DNA of 64,000 nt from Octopus bimaculoides. Taxonomy: Eukaryota. Numbering within the stretch: the stretch's first letter is position 1; each line of letters opens with the position of its first letter. Position numbers and translations under genes: made by a program. Shown in pieces: positions 62,036 through 64,000 of the stretch. The DNA is taken from positions 16,245,894 to 16,309,893 of the forward strand of contig NC_069005.1 in assembly GCF_001194135.2 (NCBI RefSeq), read 5' to 3'. The notes under the pieces are model-generated. The model was not told the origin of the DNA. It was given only the letters and a program-made list of their open reading frames with translations, and did not search any database.

Positions 62036-63192
62036 TACAGATGCTTTCAGGGACACAGACGTAGGCATCGGCATCAAGTACCGGTCCGATGGTTTAGTCT
62101 TCAACCTCGGGAGGCTCAAAGCGAAAACCAAGGTTTCGGTAGACACTGTCAACGACCTCCTGTTCGCCGATGACTGCGCTCTAAATGCTGCCAAAGTCCA
62201 ACATGCAGCACAGCGTTGACTTGTTCTCTGGCACCTGCAACAATTTTTGCCTTACTATCAATACAAAAAAGACTGAGGTAATGTATCAGCCAGCTCCAAC
62301 CAAGCCCTACGTTGAACCCAACATCACCATCAATGGGCAGCGGCTGAACGCAGTGGACAAGTTCACCTACCTTGGCAGCACACTCTAGAAATGTTGTCGT
62401 CGATGACGAAATCAATGCCAGACTCGCCAAGGCAAGCGCTGCTTTCGGCAGGCTACGCAAGACTGTCTGGAACAGGAGGGGGATCGCCATCATGACAAAG
62501 ATCAAGGTGTANNNNNNNNNNCAGGAGGGGGATCGCCATCATGACAAAGATCAAGGTGTACCGGGCTGTCGTTCTCACAACACTGCTTTACGGCTGCGAG
62601 TCCTGGGCGATCCACCAGCGTCATGCCAGGAAGCTGATCCACTTTCATACAATACGCTCTGAAAACTTCTTGGCATTAAGTTGCAGGACAGAATCCCGGA
62701 CACCAAAGTACTAATATGTGCTAACCTGCCCAGCATCCATGCCATCTTGATGCAGTCACAGATTCGCTGGGCAGGGCAGGGCATGTAGCTCGCATGTCAG
62801 ACGATCGATTACCAAAAAGATTGCTCTTTGGCGAGCTGCAAAAGGGAAAGTGCTCACAAGGCGGCCAGAAGAAGCGCTTTAAGGACACACTGAATGCCTC
62901 ACTGAAAGCCTTCAACATTGACCATGAAACTTGGGAGCAGTCTACTCTAGACAGAGAAAGGTGGCGATCAGCTGCCAACACATGCGAGACCAATAGGATC
63001 GCTACTGCAGAAGACCGCAGACAAGCCAGGAAGAACAGAGCTAACAACCCTGTAGCAGGCGCTACCGTTCCTTGTCCACAGTCAAAGACTCTTTCGGGCG
63101 CAGATTGGCCTCACTACCCATCTGCGGACTCACAAAACAAGCCCACCCCCACCCCAGGATGACTAGATGGTCTTTGTCACATCGACGGACAA
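62036..63192 (+). mobile_element. RTE-BovB-like LINE, 5'-truncated
   Basis: LLFADDCAL, INTKKTEVM, FTYLGSTL, RLAKASAAFGRL, RLPKRLLFGEL, GGQKKRFKD; frameshifts. Confidence 0.92.
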
Positions 63193-63247
63193 ACTACATT
63201 TATATATATGTACCTATATATAGGTATGTATATATGTATGTATGTGT

Positions 63248-63630
63248 GGAGGCGCAATGGCCCAGTGGTTAGGGCAGCGAACTCGCGGTCTTAGGATCGC
63301 GGTTTCGATTCCCAGACCGGGCATTGTGAGTGTTTATTGAGCGAAAACACCTAAAGCTCCACGAGGCTCCAGCAGTGGGTGGTAGTGAACCCTGCTGTAC
63401 TCTTTCACCACAACTTTCTCTCACTCTTTCTTCCTGTTTCTGTTGTACCTGTATTTCAAAGGGTCAGCCTTGTCACACTCTGTGTCACGCTGAATCTCCC
63501 TGAGAACTACGTTAAGGGTACACGTGTCTGTGGAGTGCTCAGCCACTTGCACGTTAATTTCACGAGCAGGCTGTTCCGTTGATCGGATCAACTGGAACAC
63601 TTGTTGTCTTAACCGACAGAGTGCCAACAA
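63248..63630 (+). mobile_element. Full-length tRNA-derived SINE (family D)
   Basis: A box TGGCCCAGTGG, B box GGTTTCGATTCC, about 300-bp body, microsatellite tail. Confidence 0.88.
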
Positions 63631-63750
63631 TATGTATGAATGTATGTATGTATGTATATGGGTAGGTATATGTATGTATATATATATGTGTCTATGTATA
63701 TGTATTTATGTATATATGTGTATGTATATGTATGTATATATATATATATA

Positions 63751-63822
<72 letters not shown>

Positions 63823-64000
63823 CATATGTATGTGTATATATATATATGTGTATATATATATATATTTGTATATATATGTATATATATGTGTATATATATA
63901 TATGAGTGTATATATATGTAAGTATATATGTATGTATATGTATATATATGTATGTATATATATATATATGTATGTATATATATATATATATATATATATA
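63631..64000. repeat. Compound (TA)n/(TATG)n microsatellite
   Basis: Direct read. Confidence 0.97.

Noticed and set aside
62473-62560. 39-bp exact tandem duplication inside the RTE LINE
   Set aside because: The two copies flank a 10-N gap (62512-62521), typical of an unmerged contig overlap.
63248-63320. tRNA gene
   Set aside because: A and B boxes are present, but the sequence continues into a SINE body shared with 32352 and I could not build a complete cloverleaf.
63609-63921. YI/CVC-rich ORFs here and at 3, 47539 and 53686
   Set aside because: They are translations of (TA)n/(TG)n microsatellites.

Overview
AT-rich, repeat-dense animal genomic DNA with 10 N-gaps, many next to microsatellites. 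From memory the SINE/MITE families look coleoid cephalopod (Octopus-like); this is an inference, not a database result. One host gene is present: an 8-exon, plus-strand USP30 (mitochondrial outer-membrane deubiquitinase). Its CDS runs 8832-54767 (1416 nt, 471 aa); all introns are GT-AG and the phases match by hand. The rest is a decayed, nested mobilome: R4/Dong-type, L1/Tx1, CR1 and RTE LINEs; several Penelope-like elements (PLEs); Tc1/mariner, piggyBac and Helitron relics; MITEs/foldbacks, including a probable Merlin MITE; and tRNA-derived SINEs. The most notable unexplained structure is in USP30 intron 6, which holds three different minimal hammerhead-ribozyme motifs on the sense strand. 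One has an intact consensus core inside a perfect 62-bp inverted repeat whose upstream arm is antisense to the cleavage site. One lies in a 190-bp non-coding retroposon with a 10-bp TSD. One is a core variant about 140 nt upstream of exon 7. No prokaryotic features, CRISPR arrays, rRNA or true tRNA genes were found. TE boundaries are approximate unless TIR/TSD coordinates are given.
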